Source: a virus (taxonomy: Duplodnaviria > Caudoviricetes). From it: DNA of 46,278 bases. A program made the translations under genes and the position numbers. The stretch spans positions 1 through 46,278 of the IMG/VR virus record IMGVR_UViG_3300048854_000099; one strand, given 5' to 3'. Below the pieces are notes generated by a model that saw nothing but the letters and a program-made list of their open reading frames with translations, searched no databases and was not told the origin of the DNA. This document shows positions 44,039 to 46,278 of the stretch, in pieces. Position 1 is the first letter of the stretch. Each line of letters starts with the position of its first letter.

Positions 44039-44896
44039 TCTGAGGCCTCCGAAATGGCGGGTTATGGACCGGCTTTTGCCGTCCGAGATCATGGTGGCCA
44101 GAACGTCTTCGAACTGCCCGACACCGTCGGCCATGCCCGCTGCGACTGCTTCCGCACCGACTTTCATTCCGCCAGCGCCGAATTTGGCGATGACGTCGTC
44201 TTCCGAGACGCCCCGATAAGCGGCGACCTTGCTGATGAAGACTGAGGCGAGGGAGTCGACCATCGCTTGGATGTGCGATTTGCCGCTTTCCGTGTTTGGA
44301 TCCGGCCGCTTGTTTGGCGACTGAGACGAAACGAATTGAAGCTTGCGGACCCCGCGTTTCTCATCGGCCAGGCTGGTATCGTTGATACCGAGCACGACAC
44401 CGATTGAGCCGACCATTGATGCTTCGGACAAGATGATGCGGCCGCCGCCAGCCGCCATCCAGTAGCCGGCGCTGGCTCCCATGCCGGAGACGTAAGTTGT
44501 CACCGGCTTGATCTTGTTGGCAGCGTGCAGCATCGCAGCGAATTCATCAGCGCCGTTTGCCTCGCCGCCTGGGGTGTCCATGAGCAGGGCGATGGAATGC
44601 AGCGATCGATCATCAAGAGCGGCCTGGAGATCCCTTGCTAGGATCTGATAGGAGGTTGCACCCGAGATCGATGTCATCAAATTCGATTTTTTGAACATCG
44701 GACCCTCCGCGTAAAGGATTCCGACGCCATCACGCGCCCTGAGACGATCGGCGTTCTCGACCGACTTCGCGCGGTACGCCTCGAGTATTTCCGGATTGAT
44801 GTCGACCGACCGCTCGGCGATCGCCACCAGATTTTCGACAGCCTCCGGCAGCATCGCCCAGCCAGCGGTGGCGGCGAAGTCCATGAAGTGTTTCAT
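43640..44896 (-). CDS. S49 prohead protease fused to scaffold (lambda C-like)
   Basis: DTPGGE, ASAGYW.A, VGSIGV, A..AGMAD; start MKHFMDF by ATGA overlap. Confidence 0.93.
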   Translation of the reverse strand: MKHFMDFAATAGWAMLPEAVENLVAIAERSVDINPEILEAYRAKSVENADRLRARDGVGILYAEGPMFKKSNLMTSISGATSYQILARDLQAALDDRSLHSIALLMDTPGGEANGADEFAAMLHAANKIKPVTTYVSGMGASAGYWMAAGGGRIILSEASMVGSIGVVLGINDTSLADEKRGVRKLQFVSSQSPNKRPDPNTESGKSHIQAMVDSLASVFISKVAAYRGVSEDDVIAKFGAGGMKVGAEAVAAGMADGVGQFEDVLATMISDGKSRSITRHFGGLRMSEATLDAAAITAAAETAAQNRMKAILASEAGKAIPTLASHLAYETKITAEDAGKILTAAKADVPAPAAVVEPVVVPPVIDPAVAAAEFAASKTAAGALGLGRPAATGAEKPDASALWGKAVANVNRGIGAA

Positions 44897-45183
44897 CGGC
44901 GCCACCATCCTCCGATGCAGCAGTTGTGGATTCTGGCGCCCGCCGTGATGGCGAACCGCCGTTTCGACGCGCCGCTAGCCGTGCTGCAGTCGGATTCGAG
45001 TTGGGCAATGAGCTCTGCGAGGGACGACAAGTCTGCCGGTGCAAACTCGGTGTCACGGTCGCGGAATTTGATCCGCTTTACGGTCCCCTCGACCCGCATC
45101 TGCATGTAGACCGGCCGGAGCACTGCGAGAGCTGCGCAGGGGTCATAGGGCTCTCCGGCGAAGATGGTGTAATCGATCGCCAT
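44893..45183 (-). CDS. Head completion protein (lambda gpW-like)
   Basis: DPCAA...LR..Y......G.V..I.FRDR...F...DL..L...I..LE..C....G..RR.AI. Confidence 0.8.
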   Translation of the reverse strand: MAIDYTIFAGEPYDPCAALAVLRPVYMQMRVEGTVKRIKFRDRDTEFAPADLSSLAELIAQLESDCSTASGASKRRFAITAGARIHNCCIGGWWRR

Positions 45184-46277
45184 CAGGGTTCCTCTTTGAG
45201 TTCTGCCTCGAGCGTGACATCGACGTCTTCTTCCGACAGCTTCTTGCCGGGTACCGGCGCGATCGGCTTTGCAGCCAGATCCTTGTCGAGTTCGGCCGCC
45301 TTGTCGGCGTCTTCCGGCTGCGGAGCGACCTTCTGGATCCAGGGACGCGGCAACTTCAGCTCATCGGCCAAGCGGTTTTCTTCGGCGCGCTGGCGCATAT
45401 CCTCATCCCAATCGCGGCCATAGGAGGCAGAAATCTCGGCGAGGGTTGTCGCCTGGATGCCGGCAAGCACTTCATGCGATCGAGCCGCCTTGAAGTCGTC
45501 GGCCTGAGGCTGCGATGGTCCGGACCAAGCGCCGGCGTTGGCAGCATCGCGATTGGCGATGTAAGCGAAGTATCCGCCCGGGAAGGGAAGGCGCCCGGTC
45601 TGGATTTCTTCGTCCAGAAAGGTCGCTTTGACAGTTTCGCAGAACGGCGTGATCAGATTGGCGCGCCGACGGAGAACCGTCAGCCACGCCTCGGCGCCGC
45701 CCATGCGGATCGAGGAGTAGGTGGCACCGCGATAATCGCCTGTCGCGCTTTCGTAGGTGACGCCTGAACCGGCCGCAATTTCTCGCATCAGCCAGCCCAT
45801 GAAGGCGTCGTACTGCTGTCCTGGCTGCTTCGCTTCGGTGAACTCGAGCGTGTCGTTCGGAAAGAGCTGCGCGATGCGGCCATGCTGTGTCAGATCGATC
45901 GACGATCCGTCGTACCACTGCTGCTGCGCTTCGGCGAAGTCGGCCAGGTTCATGAACCCGGCATCCTTGCCGTTGACGTCTTCCTTCGTCATCAGACCGT
46001 CGTAAGCGGCTTGCCCGGTGATGCTGGTCTTGATAACGGCGGCGAAAATCGTCTGGATCAGTGCAGATGTCAGCGTGGCATCGGCATACTGGTCGACTTG
46101 GCGGACCACCTTGAGAATGGTCGACATCGGCGAAATCCCGCGCGTCGTTGCCATCGACGGGTCGAAGACGAGGACGATCTGCTGACGGCCGTCTAGGTCG
46201 CGGGCATCGAAAAGCTGTTCTTGCCACCCCAGCAAATTGCTGAAGGTTCGAAGTCTATAGGCGAGAGGGAACCCCCA
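45183..46277 (-). CDS. Portal protein (lambda gpB family), 5'-truncated by the window
   Basis: RGISP, L.P.D.L.F, L.REIAAG.G.TYE..TGDY..ATYSS.RM, G.DW.E...Q.A.E; frame open to the window end. Confidence 0.95.
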   Translation of the reverse strand, partial: WGFPLAYRLRTFSNLLGWQEQLFDARDLDGRQQIVLVFDPSMATTRGISPMSTILKVVRQVDQYADATLTSALIQTIFAAVIKTSITGQAAYDGLMTKEDVNGKDAGFMNLADFAEAQQQWYDGSSIDLTQHGRIAQLFPNDTLEFTEAKQPGQQYDAFMGWLMREIAAGSGVTYESATGDYRGATYSSIRMGGAEAWLTVLRRRANLITPFCETVKATFLDEEIQTGRLPFPGGYFAYIANRDAANAGAWSGPSQPQADDFKAARSHEVLAGIQATTLAEISASYGRDWDEDMRQRAEENRLADELKLPRPWIQKVAPQPEDADKAAELDKDLAAKPIAPVPGKKLSEEDVDVTLEAELKEEP

Positions 46278-46278
46278 A

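Larger units (their letters stand above)
1..46278. mobile_element. Temperate phage/prophage (partial): lambda-like head, P2-like contractile tail; terminase and most of the integrase lie outside the window
   Basis: Continuous phage gene content from integrase N-terminus to portal; no host housekeeping genes seen. Confidence 0.96.

Noticed and set aside
27889-46196. Numerous long plus-strand ORFs opposite the structural genes
   Set aside because: Shadow ORFs typical of high-GC coding DNA; the minus strand carries recognisable phage proteins

Overview
The whole window is most of one temperate tailed-phage or prophage genome. It is GC-rich and resembles Rhizobiaceae/alphaproteobacterial phages (host is an inference). 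Left arm, minus strand (5235->1): Cro/YdaS-like HTH, a GapR-like/Rmf-like/acidic protein, a PD-(D/E)XK-like protein, DNA methyltransferase, RuvC-like resolvase, HNH-type endonuclease, a probable excisionase and the N-terminus of a probable integrase. Middle, plus strand (6081->18487): an early operon starting with a ProQ/FinO-domain protein and containing RecE/RecT-like recombination genes, ASCH-like, DUF5131, DUF968-like and many small mosaic ORFs. Right arm, minus strand (46278->18491): lambda-like head genes (portal, W, S49 protease/scaffold, D, E) joined to a P2-like contractile tail, a GH108 endolysin/holin/spanin cassette, an SGNH-esterase-like protein and an AT-rich acyltransferase-3 moron. 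The most unusual feature is the immunity region. No cI repressor ORF lies where one is expected. Instead there is a ~550-nt, densely base-paired, terminator-ended non-coding segment flanked by clustered (A)TACCTA boxes and followed directly by the ProQ/FinO gene, a candidate RNA-based lysis/lysogeny control system. All family assignments are from motif recognition by eye; no searches were run.
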